Shown in pieces: positions 8,511 through 16,138 of a stretch of 43,722 bases of DNA. The translations under genes and the position numbers were made by a program. A model generated the notes under the pieces. It worked only from the letters and a program-made list of their open reading frames with translations, was not told where the DNA came from and did no database searches. This stretch comes from a virus. How positions within the stretch are numbered: position 1 is the first letter of the stretch; the number at the start of each line of letters is the position of its first letter. Where the stretch lies: positions 1 to 43,722 of the IMG/VR virus record IMGVR_UViG_3300047316_000096. One strand, given 5' to 3'.

Positions 8511-10297
8511 TGGCGCGCGGCCCGTCCAAGCAACAGATGTCATCCGATCAGGGCTCCGGGGTTGGCTCACAGCAGCGCTCCACGTCCAAGTTCATCGTCT
8601 TCTCCGGCATTACCAAGATCAACACCAAGGCGGCCCGCGACGCTCTTCCGGAGAACGAGGCCGCATGGCTGGAAAATCTTCAGCCAATCTCGGAAAACAA
8701 CCTCTTCACGATTCCGGGGCCTCAACCGCCGTTGACAACGCTCGTCGGAGAACAGAGCGCAACGTTTTTCGGTGCCAATATTGGGGCGATCGACTACATC
8801 ATCGCGTTCACGTCGAATGGCGCGGGAATTGCGATCGATACAAATAGTGGAGCGCAGACGCCGTTCGCGCCGGACAATACGTTCGCCAACCCCGACATGA
8901 CCGTGTATGCGTCGGAACGCATCCTGATCATGGACCCGGTGTCAGGTTATTCGACCTGGGACGGCACCGTGTTTGTACGTAGCGGAGGGCTGTCACCGAA
9001 TGTCCAAGTCACTACCGGAGGATCAGGCTACACCGTCGCGCCAGCCATCACGTTCTCCGGCGGCTCGGGCTCGGGCGCCGTTGCTCACGCGGTAATCGCA
9101 GACGGTGCAGTGATTTCGATCGTCCTCGATCAGTCAGGATCGGGCTATCTTCCCGGCGAGGTTATAACGGTCCACATCGCAGGACCGGGAACGGGCGCCG
9201 CCGCGACCGTGCTGGTGTGGCCTGTCGTGACGGGATCGACCATCGCGGTATTCGAGGGCCGCGTGTGGTGGGCCGGAGGCCGTATTCTAAACTGGACCGG
9301 AACGGCGGGATACGATGACACCGACCCCGCCAATGCGGCGGGCTCGACCACCATCTCTGATGCTGACCTGTCCCACAACATCACGGCGCTGCGGACGCTC
9401 AACAACTATCTCTTCATCTTCGGCGATACGTCGGTGCGGCAGATCGGCAATATCACCGTCCAGTCGTCAATCACGCTGTTCACCCCGCTGATCCTTGCGT
9501 CCGATATCGGAACGTCGTTCCGTCGCACGATCCAATCCTATAACCGCCTCGTCCTTTTCGCCAACAAGCAGGGCGTCTACGCGATCTTCGGCGCGTCGGT
9601 CGAGAAGATCAGCGACGACCTGGACGGCATCTTTCAACTGATCGACTTCAGCCAACCGCTGGAGGCCGCGCTCAACGATCTCCGCAACATACACTGCTAT
9701 ATGATTCTGCTCCGCTATCAAGACCCGGTGCGCGGCGGCTCTAGATCTATCGCGTGCATGTTTCAAGAGAAGAAATGGTTTATCGTCAGCCAAGGCGACA
9801 ACCTCAAGACTATCTGTACAGTCCCGCTTGCGAGTTCGTCCCAGATCGAAACCTTTGGTTCCTCTGGCCCTGACGTGACACAGCTTTTGCAAAACCCCAA
9901 TTTGGCCGTTTCGTGGGAGATTCAAACCGCGCTGAGCGCCCACGGCAATCCCATACAGGCTAAGCAGATTTTGAACGTCGGCATCTTTGGCAACGGTGTA
10001 GGCGGCGCCAACATTTCCATGGAAGTCGATACTGAGAACGGAGCGATTGCCTATCCGCTGGCGTTTTCTCCCAAAGTGCAGTGGATCAACAATCTCGGTC
10101 AGAAGGTCAACTGGGTCAACAATCTCGGTCAGCTCGTCACTTGGCTCGGTCAGGGGCATCAATTTCCCTACACGGCCGCCGACGGATACGGGAAAGTGCT
10201 GGGGCTGACCGCTACGGGAACGAGCGTGCAGACCCGCATCCACTACGGCGCGATCGAATACCAAGACGCCGATATGTGGGGGCAACGAGATGTGTAG
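8510..10297 (+). CDS. Tail nozzle / tail tubular protein B-like protein carrying an inserted GxGY module
   Basis: About 595 aa, beta-rich, and immediately after the adaptor-like gene. ATG 8510 gives a TGATG overlap (GTG 8507 is an alternative start). The shared module lies at about 8993-9218. Confidence 0.45.
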   Translation: MARGPSKQQMSSDQGSGVGSQQRSTSKFIVFSGITKINTKAARDALPENEAAWLENLQPISENNLFTIPGPQPPLTTLVGEQSATFFGANIGAIDYIIAFTSNGAGIAIDTNSGAQTPFAPDNTFANPDMTVYASERILIMDPVSGYSTWDGTVFVRSGGLSPNVQVTTGGSGYTVAPAITFSGGSGSGAVAHAVIADGAVISIVLDQSGSGYLPGEVITVHIAGPGTGAAATVLVWPVVTGSTIAVFEGRVWWAGGRILNWTGTAGYDDTDPANAAGSTTISDADLSHNITALRTLNNYLFIFGDTSVRQIGNITVQSSITLFTPLILASDIGTSFRRTIQSYNRLVLFANKQGVYAIFGASVEKISDDLDGIFQLIDFSQPLEAALNDLRNIHCYMILLRYQDPVRGGSRSIACMFQEKKWFIVSQGDNLKTICTVPLASSSQIETFGSSGPDVTQLLQNPNLAVSWEIQTALSAHGNPIQAKQILNVGIFGNGVGGANISMEVDTENGAIAYPLAFSPKVQWINNLGQKVNWVNNLGQLVTWLGQGHQFPYTAADGYGKVLGLTATGTSVQTRIHYGAIEYQDADMWGQRDV

Positions 10298-10436
10298 AGA
10301 TGTGATTGCTGTTTCAAATGGGCATCATTGGATCAAGGCGTTAAAATTGATTTGTTGCCAAGACTGCGGCATCGTCCGCCGGGCGGATGATAAGAACTCT
10401 CCGTGCAAGGGCGTCTGTAAAGTGGGGCCAAAGTGA
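10290..10436 (+). CDS. Hypothetical Cys-rich micro-protein (48 aa; CCQDCG...PCKGVC)
   Basis: Not in the ORF track. The ATG overlaps the end of the nozzle-like gene, and its TGA overlaps GTG 10433 (GTGA). Six Cys residues suggest a zinc-ribbon-like fold. Confidence 0.35.
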   Translation: MCRDVIAVSNGHHWIKALKLICCQDCGIVRRADDKNSPCKGVCKVGPK

Positions 10437-10780
10437 GCGAGTTCGATCCTCCGATTTTCCTGTTCGGCGACCGTGCAGCGCAGGGCCGGTGGGAGATCGG
10501 TCACTATCGTCAGCACTTGCGCTATCTTTCGTTCCTCGCTGGCCTAACACCGCCCGTCATCATCGCAGACCAACCGATCATCACCATGGGGACGACGGAC
10601 CTCGAACGGCGGATTTTCCTCAACAGCCATCAAGTCCTGCACCAACTCATCCGCCCCTTCGCTAACGTGGCGGGGATTGACCTTGCGCTGGTCGATCTCA
10701 AGAATGAAGAGCAGTTTTACGTGTGGTTGGATGTGCATGCCAACGAGCACGATCTAATCGACCAAGCCTTCGGGCTATAG
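10433..10780 (+). CDS. Hypothetical protein (115 aa)
   Basis: GTG-initiated ORF. No motif recognised. Confidence 0.5.
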   Translation: MSEFDPPIFLFGDRAAQGRWEIGHYRQHLRYLSFLAGLTPPVIIADQPIITMGTTDLERRIFLNSHQVLHQLIRPFANVAGIDLALVDLKNEEQFYVWLDVHANEHDLIDQAFGL

Positions 10781-10789
10781 GAGGCCGAC

Positions 10790-11293
10790 ATGAGAGTGAG
10801 CGTGAACGGTTCGGATTGGGTAGAGAACGACGACACCAAGGTCACTTTCCGCGTCGAGTCCTTAGAGGGCGACGACTTCGAGAAGTTCAAGCAGTTGCAG
10901 AGCGCGCATTACGGTGAGGTGGCAGGCTTCAAAGGCGTGTTGGACCGGCTTAATCCCGACTGGACCAAATACATGCAGATGGAGAAGAGTGGCCGCCTTC
11001 ACTTGGTGAAGGCCCGCGCCTGGAACGGATCGCTCGTGGGCTACTCGGCCCACATGGTCTACCATCACCTTCACTACAAACATGTGCTCGTGGCTGAGGA
11101 CGACGTGTTCTACCTCACGCCGACGATGCGAGGTCGCGGCATCGGTCAAAGGATGCGAGAATTTGCGGTCGAAACGCTCAAGGAGCGCGGCGTGATTCTC
11201 GTACTCGCTCGCGTGAAGCCTCACATCCCGCAGCCGCACCTCGAAAAACTCGGGTATAGTGTGATGGAAACGGTATACGCAAAGGTGCTGTGA
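10790..11293 (+). CDS. GNAT-family N-acetyltransferase
   Basis: Acetyl-CoA binding motif A, R-G-R-G-I-G (TMRGRGIGQRMREFAVE), with size and layout typical of GNAT enzymes. Confidence 0.7.
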   Translation: MRVSVNGSDWVENDDTKVTFRVESLEGDDFEKFKQLQSAHYGEVAGFKGVLDRLNPDWTKYMQMEKSGRLHLVKARAWNGSLVGYSAHMVYHHLHYKHVLVAEDDVFYLTPTMRGRGIGQRMREFAVETLKERGVILVLARVKPHIPQPHLEKLGYSVMETVYAKVL

Positions 11294-11523
11294 TGCGGTT
11301 CATGGGATGTGATGTAGATCGGCTTGAGTACAGCCCTCTGCAAAAAACCGGCTTTTTACATATGGCCAAAGGACACGTTTGCGACATGACCGCCTGCATC
11401 GATTTTTTCAAATCCATCGATCCCGACGTGCGAAGCATAGGAACATTTTCTGGGAAAAAGCGCGTTACAGCCTACTTGTTGGTCGATGGAGAATGGTGTG
11501 CTCTTGAGGATGGGAGAAAGTAA
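11293..11523 (+). CDS. Hypothetical protein (about 76 aa)
   Basis: ATG 11293 (or GTG 11290) overlaps the GNAT stop. Confidence 0.5.
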   Translation: MRFMGCDVDRLEYSPLQKTGFLHMAKGHVCDMTACIDFFKSIDPDVRSIGTFSGKKRVTAYLLVDGEWCALEDGRK

Positions 11524-14250
11524 ATGTTTGGCGACCGCTGGCCCTTCCCTCAAATGCTGTTCGGCGGCGGCGGCGGAGATGGCGGCGGCGGTGACGGTGG
11601 TGGCGACGCGGGCGCGGCGGCGGGAGCTGGCGACAGCGGAGCGGGGCCTGGAGGCGGCGGCGATACTGGCGACGGTGGGGGCGGCGACACGGGCGGCGGT
11701 GCTCCATCCGATACCGGCGGCAACACCGCAACGGCGGGCGGTGCAGGTGATGCGAGCACGGGCGGAGGCGGTTTTGGAGATACGGGCGGTGGGGGGTTTG
11801 GCGCTGGAGCCGCGGATCAATCCGGCGCCGCCCAAGGCGTAACAGGAGATGCGGCGACAGGCGGGGGCGGCTTCGGCGATACTGGTGGCTTTGGTGGCGC
11901 AGGGGGCTTCGGGGATACTGGAACAGGAACTCCCGGTGGCGACACTGGTGGAGGCGGCTTCGGCGCGGGAGCCGCGGACCAATCTGGCGCTGCTCAAGGT
12001 GTCACAGGAGATGCAGCAACCGGCGGTGCCCCTGGCGGTTTTGGCGGACTCGGCGAGGCGTCGGCCGCCGGGCCGGGGGGCTTCGGCGACATCAGCGGCG
12101 GCGGCTTGTCCTTTGGCGACTTCGGTGATCCCGGCGGCCTCGGCCAAGGCGGCTTGGGCGCTCCTACTGGGGCCCCGGAAGCGGCCGGCCCCAGCGCCGG
12201 TGCTCTCGGCCCAGGCGGCGGCGTTGCGGGCGCATTCGGCGATCCCAGCGTCAGTGAAGCACTAGGGCCGGGAGGAAACACGGGAACGGGTGGCTTGCTC
12301 GGAGCGGGAGCGGGTGGTGGCTCCAACGTGGGCAACCTAGCCAGCGACCTAGGCATCAACGACATCGGCAGCAATTTAGGAAACGAGGGAGCCAACCAAA
12401 ACCCGAGTGGCTTCACGCTGTCGGACCTCGGTCCTATTGGCGCCACGCCGGGCGGAGGCGGTTTACTGGGCCAAGAAGCAGGCATTAGCGATATCGGAGC
12501 GTTCAATGGGCAAAACCTTTCGGATATAGAATCGGAGGTCGCCCAAGGGCTGCTCGCCGGTCAGAATCCGCCTGGAGTGGAAGAGCCTTCGCTGAACTAT
12601 GACCAAGAAGGAGGGCCGATCGGCCCGGGAATGGTACAAAACGAGGGCTCTCCCCCGCTCAACGCAACCCCGGAGACTCAAGGGCCTCAATTTGGGCTTC
12701 CCGGGACCAGTTTCAGCCCGGAAAATGCGGACCCCACCAGTTTTGCCCCCGGGGCGCCAACTACAGAAGTCGGAGGGACGTTTGGCAACACCGGAACTCC
12801 GTCGGACTTCGGTGTTGCCACACCAAAAGGCGACCTGTCGGAGCCCGGCCCGTTTGGGGGTCCAGCGGCGCCAATCACCGGATCGGAGGCCGTCAACACA
12901 GGCTTTTCGGGACTTCCGTTCGGTTCCACCGCTACACCCGTCACCAACGCGGCCGGGGGGCAGACTGGAGCGGCTGCAATCGCGGGAGGCGGGTTTGGGG
13001 CTGGCTTCGGTGAAACTTCCGATCCCGGCATGAACGCTTTCAGCCAGACCGCAAACCAGTCGGCAGTTTCGCCGCCGGCAAACGCGGGGTTGGCTGCTGA
13101 CTTTGGTGACCCAGCATTTTCCGTTGCCGACCCGGGTTTTGCCCCAACTCTGGCCGCGCCTGAGGCCGGCTCCATCAATCCCGGACTTCTCAGCGACGCG
13201 CAGCAGGCCGCCGCGAACATCGCCAGTCAAGCACCAACGGGGGGCGGCGCTCTCCCAGGTGGCGCAGTGCCTGATATTGGTGTCGGGCTCACCACGCTCG
13301 CTCCGATGGGAGGCGCTACGCCAGCACAAGGCACGGGCTTGCAGGGCGGTGTCGGCGGGGTGGATCAGAACGCTTTTGCTCCGCCGTCGTCCCCAAACAC
13401 CATGGCATCGCCTCCGTCAAATACCGACTTGGCCGGGTTTGGAAATCCACAAGGCGCTCTCAGTCCGATCGGCCTCAGCGCCCCCACTGGCCTCCAAGGC
13501 GGAGTGGGCGGCACTCCCGTGGATCAAGGAGCTTTTGCGCCGGGTTCAACCGGCCTTGGCTTCACGGGAGCTCCAGCACAATCAGCTCCCGCAGCGCCCG
13601 AAGCACCGCCGGCGCCGACCGGCGCTCCAGGGGCGCCGCCCGCAGATCAGGGAACTCCCGCTCCAGCAGGGGCTCCGCCGGCCCAGGTGGCTGGCCCTTC
13701 AGCCTCCCCAGGAGCCGCGCCCGGGGCGCCAACGGCGGCGGCAGGCGGGGCGGCTGCTGCGCCCTCGGGCGCGCCCGCAAGTGGGGGTGGCGCGCCTTCT
13801 GGCGCGGCAGGAACGCCGGTCGGAGACACGGGTGCGGTCCAGCCCGCGGCCGGAGCCCCGGGTGCAGCGGCCACCGGCGGGGCTCCGCCGCCGATATTCC
13901 AGACGCCGGTAGATCAATTTGCCGCGCAGGCACAGCAGCAGGCGGCGGCAGCGCAGCCGGTCAGCGCGACGAACGGCGCAGTGGCGGCGGGCGGCCCGGC
14001 CGTGGTGGCGCAACAGATTGCGCAAAACACCAACAATTCAATCCAGGCCGCTGTATCGAACGGCAGCTTGTCTGCCGCGAACGCCCAGCAGGTGACGGCG
14101 TACCAGCAAAACCTCACCGCACAATGGCAACAAATTCTGCTAAACCAGGGCGGCGGCAATCCCGCCAGCAACCCGCAGTGGCCGACGATCCAGACGCTCA
14201 TCGCTAAGCAGGTGAACGAGCGAATCACCCAACTCGGAGGGCACGCATGA
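11524..14250 (+). CDS. Giant Gly/Ala/Pro-rich low-complexity virion (probable internal/ejection) protein, 908 aa, with a Q-rich C-terminal domain
   Basis: GGGAGAAAG Shine-Dalgarno sequence before the ATG. An internal 162-nt duplication (about 11791-11868 and 11953-12030) differs mainly at synonymous third positions, which supports translation of this frame. The C-terminal QQNLTAQWQQILLNQG...QWPTIQ is shared with the next large ORF. Confidence 0.7.
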   Translation: MFGDRWPFPQMLFGGGGGDGGGGDGGGDAGAAAGAGDSGAGPGGGGDTGDGGGGDTGGGAPSDTGGNTATAGGAGDASTGGGGFGDTGGGGFGAGAADQSGAAQGVTGDAATGGGGFGDTGGFGGAGGFGDTGTGTPGGDTGGGGFGAGAADQSGAAQGVTGDAATGGAPGGFGGLGEASAAGPGGFGDISGGGLSFGDFGDPGGLGQGGLGAPTGAPEAAGPSAGALGPGGGVAGAFGDPSVSEALGPGGNTGTGGLLGAGAGGGSNVGNLASDLGINDIGSNLGNEGANQNPSGFTLSDLGPIGATPGGGGLLGQEAGISDIGAFNGQNLSDIESEVAQGLLAGQNPPGVEEPSLNYDQEGGPIGPGMVQNEGSPPLNATPETQGPQFGLPGTSFSPENADPTSFAPGAPTTEVGGTFGNTGTPSDFGVATPKGDLSEPGPFGGPAAPITGSEAVNTGFSGLPFGSTATPVTNAAGGQTGAAAIAGGGFGAGFGETSDPGMNAFSQTANQSAVSPPANAGLAADFGDPAFSVADPGFAPTLAAPEAGSINPGLLSDAQQAAANIASQAPTGGGALPGGAVPDIGVGLTTLAPMGGATPAQGTGLQGGVGGVDQNAFAPPSSPNTMASPPSNTDLAGFGNPQGALSPIGLSAPTGLQGGVGGTPVDQGAFAPGSTGLGFTGAPAQSAPAAPEAPPAPTGAPGAPPADQGTPAPAGAPPAQVAGPSASPGAAPGAPTAAAGGAAAAPSGAPASGGGAPSGAAGTPVGDTGAVQPAAGAPGAAATGGAPPPIFQTPVDQFAAQAQQQAAAAQPVSATNGAVAAGGPAVVAQQIAQNTNNSIQAAVSNGSLSAANAQQVTAYQQNLTAQWQQILLNQGGGNPASNPQWPTIQTLIAKQVNERITQLGGHA

Positions 14251-14402
14251 ATATGATCGATTGGTTTTGGACCGGAGTTCACAATGCCTTGGATGGGCGA
14301 GGACGATTGACGCCTAAAGGTGTCGGTGTCTGCAAGTACGCATATTTGGTTGGGTGGGTGACTGGACTGATGGGGGTCAATCTCCGACGAGGGCACGCAT
14401 AA
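14247..14402 (+). CDS. Hypothetical small membrane protein (51 aa)
   Basis: Not in the ORF track. ATGA overlap with the upstream stop. Hydrophobic segment YAYLVGWVTGLMGV. Flanked by the 12-nt direct repeat gagggcacgcat. Confidence 0.4.
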   Translation: MNMIDWFWTGVHNALDGRGRLTPKGVGVCKYAYLVGWVTGLMGVNLRRGHA

Positions 14403-14403
14403 A

Positions 14404-15963
14404 ATGGGCTTCGCTCTCGGAGGTTTTTTCCTGGCTGATGCCGCCCTCGGAGCGGAGGCCGCCGCGTTGCCGGCGGAAATCGGGCTGGGTGCCGAAGCTG
14501 CTGCCGGAGCTGGCGCATTCGGAGCGGGCGCGGCTGACCTGACCGCTGGCGCGTTTGCGGCGGACGCCGGTGTGACGGGCCTCGCGGCCGGCGCAGCCGA
14601 CGTGGGCGGCGCGGGAGCACTCGCTGCGGGTGGGACCGACGCCTTTGCGTTGGGAGCCGGCGGTGCAGGTGCGCTTGATGCTGCTGGGGCGGTTGGAGCC
14701 GGCGGGGTCGCAGCAGGTGCGGCCGATGCCGCAGCCGGCGGATTTGGAGCAGGCGCGGCCGATCTGTCAGGCGCCGCGAGCGGGATTACGGGACAAGCTG
14801 CACAAGCGTTGCCCGCGACCGATTTCAGCGCGCTCGGGGCGGGCGGCGCATCTTCTGCGCAGGGTGCGGACCTCGGCGCGCTCAGCGCCGTTGACACGCC
14901 AACATCAATCACGCCCGGCACGTTCGGTTCGAGCGCGGCACAGGCGGCCACTCCGGCGGGCGGCGTCGTCAGCCCGTCCGGCGCGCTCGACATCGGTAGC
15001 CAGGACATATTGTCGCAGGCAGCTCCAGACCTGTTGGGCAACACCGACGCAGCGGCCCAGCCCGGCGTCGGTTACAGCACGCCCGGCGTGCCCGGCTCTT
15101 TCACCGGCGAGGCTGCGCCGAGTGCTCCCGCGGGCGGCGACACGCTCGCTCCAAGTGGCGCCCAGCCAACGCAACCGCTTGAGCAAGGAAACTTTGTCAC
15201 CGGGCAGGGAGCCACAGGCGCGCCCGCTACGGCACCGGCGGCTCCCGCAGCGACAACACCAGCGGCGGCTCCAACGGGCGCCGGAGCGGCTTCTAACGGA
15301 GGCGGCGGAGCCTTCGGTGGATCGGGTTGGGGTTGGAAAGCGGCCGGGCTCGGGCTCGCAGCGGCGCCGCTCGCGCTCACGCTCGCAAAGGGCACGTCGT
15401 CCATACCTCAACAAGCGACGGACGCCGCTGTGGCATCTCCGCAGCAAGGAGCCATTGCAGCCCAACAGCAGCAGATTTCCGCCCAGCAACAAGCCAATGC
15501 AGGACAAGCGACGGCCGCGGCGCAGCCGTTTGTCAACAGCGTAATCGCCAACAGCCCGACGCTCTCGCAGGCCGCGCAGCTCAGCCAGCAGCAGCAGAAT
15601 CTCACCAACCAGTGGCGGCAGGTGTTGTTTAATCAGGGTGTGCAACGGCCTGAGGCCGACTCCCGCTGGCCGCAGATACAACAGCAAATCCAGCAGCAGA
15701 TGCAAATTCAAACCCAGGCCATGATACAGAGCAATCTGCAAGCCGCGCTCGGATTCCAGGGCAGCGCCAACAGCGCGCTCGGCGGCTCTTCGTCCTCGCT
15801 CGGGGGAGCCTCGGCCGCAACCAGCGCATCCTCGCAAAACCTTTTGCAAATCGCACAGCTTCAGGTCCAGCAGGACACCGCGTACACTAACGCCATCGCA
15901 GGCGCCACGGGCGCTCTCGGTAAGGTCGCTGCGCTCGGCGCGGTTACCGGAAAGGCGGCGTGA
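14404..15963 (+). CDS. Ala/Gly-rich low-complexity virion (probable internal/ejection) protein, 519 aa, paralogous in part to 11524..14250
   Basis: Shares the GFGAGAADLSGAASGITGQAA motif and the C-terminal QQQNLTNQWRQVLFNQG...RWPQIQ domain with the 908-aa protein. Has a hydrophobic segment WKAAGLGLAAAPLALTLA. Confidence 0.7.
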   Translation: MGFALGGFFLADAALGAEAAALPAEIGLGAEAAAGAGAFGAGAADLTAGAFAADAGVTGLAAGAADVGGAGALAAGGTDAFALGAGGAGALDAAGAVGAGGVAAGAADAAAGGFGAGAADLSGAASGITGQAAQALPATDFSALGAGGASSAQGADLGALSAVDTPTSITPGTFGSSAAQAATPAGGVVSPSGALDIGSQDILSQAAPDLLGNTDAAAQPGVGYSTPGVPGSFTGEAAPSAPAGGDTLAPSGAQPTQPLEQGNFVTGQGATGAPATAPAAPAATTPAAAPTGAGAASNGGGGAFGGSGWGWKAAGLGLAAAPLALTLAKGTSSIPQQATDAAVASPQQGAIAAQQQQISAQQQANAGQATAAAQPFVNSVIANSPTLSQAAQLSQQQQNLTNQWRQVLFNQGVQRPEADSRWPQIQQQIQQQMQIQTQAMIQSNLQAALGFQGSANSALGGSSSSLGGASAATSASSQNLLQIAQLQVQQDTAYTNAIAGATGALGKVAALGAVTGKAA

Positions 15964-15964
15964 G

Positions 15965-16138
15965 ATGGAAAAATTCACGACATTCTATTGCAAGCAGTGC
16001 GGATGGTTTCAAGAAGAGCAGGGGCAATGGGCCATGGCGCCAAAGTGTCCTGAATGTAGCGCGTCGCTCTTTTACGTAAAGTTTGATGATGAAGAGCGAC
16101 AGCGCGCGCACGCTATCATTTGCGGAAAGGCGGCGTGA
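15965..16138 (+). CDS. Zinc-ribbon micro-protein (57 aa; CKQC...CPEC)
   Basis: Not in the ORF track. Two CxxC pairs. Flanked by the 16-nt direct repeat cggaaaggcggcgtga. Its stop overlaps ATG 16138. Confidence 0.45.
   Translation: MEKFTTFYCKQCGWFQEEQGQWAMAPKCPECSASLFYVKFDDEERQRAHAIICGKAA

Noticed and set aside
7089-8570. 493-aa minus-strand ORF antisense to the 6973-8510 genes
   Set aside because: It is Arg/Gly/Pro-rich and looks like a shadow ORF typical of high-GC DNA. It lies antisense to ORFs with recognisable motifs and coupled starts.
10084-10131. 17-nt direct repeat tcaacaatctcggtcag spaced 30 nt apart
   Set aside because: It lies inside the nozzle-like CDS and simply encodes a duplicated peptide (W(I/V)NNLGQ.V.W). 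It is a coding repeat, not a regulatory element.
10433-11293. GNAT toxin - antitoxin pair (TacT/AtaT-like)
   Set aside because: The upstream 115-aa ORF shows no RHH/DUF1778-like antitoxin features, and the pair sits inside a coupled structural operon. There is no positive evidence for toxin function.
11342-11357. A6-CCGG-C-T5 near-palindrome resembling a terminator
   Set aside because: It lies inside the 11293..11523 ORF (..LQKTGFLH..). The stem would be A-U only, and no operon boundary occurs here.
11524-14250. Tape measure protein interpretation of the 908-aa ORF
   Set aside because: No tail tube, sheath, chaperone frameshift pair or baseplate genes are present. The composition is Gly-rich and likely disordered rather than long alpha-helical. 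The podovirus internal-protein slot fits better.
11356-15978. Long minus-strand and alternative plus-strand ORFs (for example 11356..12147, 13914..15044, 14905..15978, 14630..15544) overlapping the Gly/Ala-rich genes
   Set aside because: These are frame shadows of low-complexity GC-rich sequence. The chosen frames are supported by synonymous-only differences between internal repeats and by conserved C-terminal domains.
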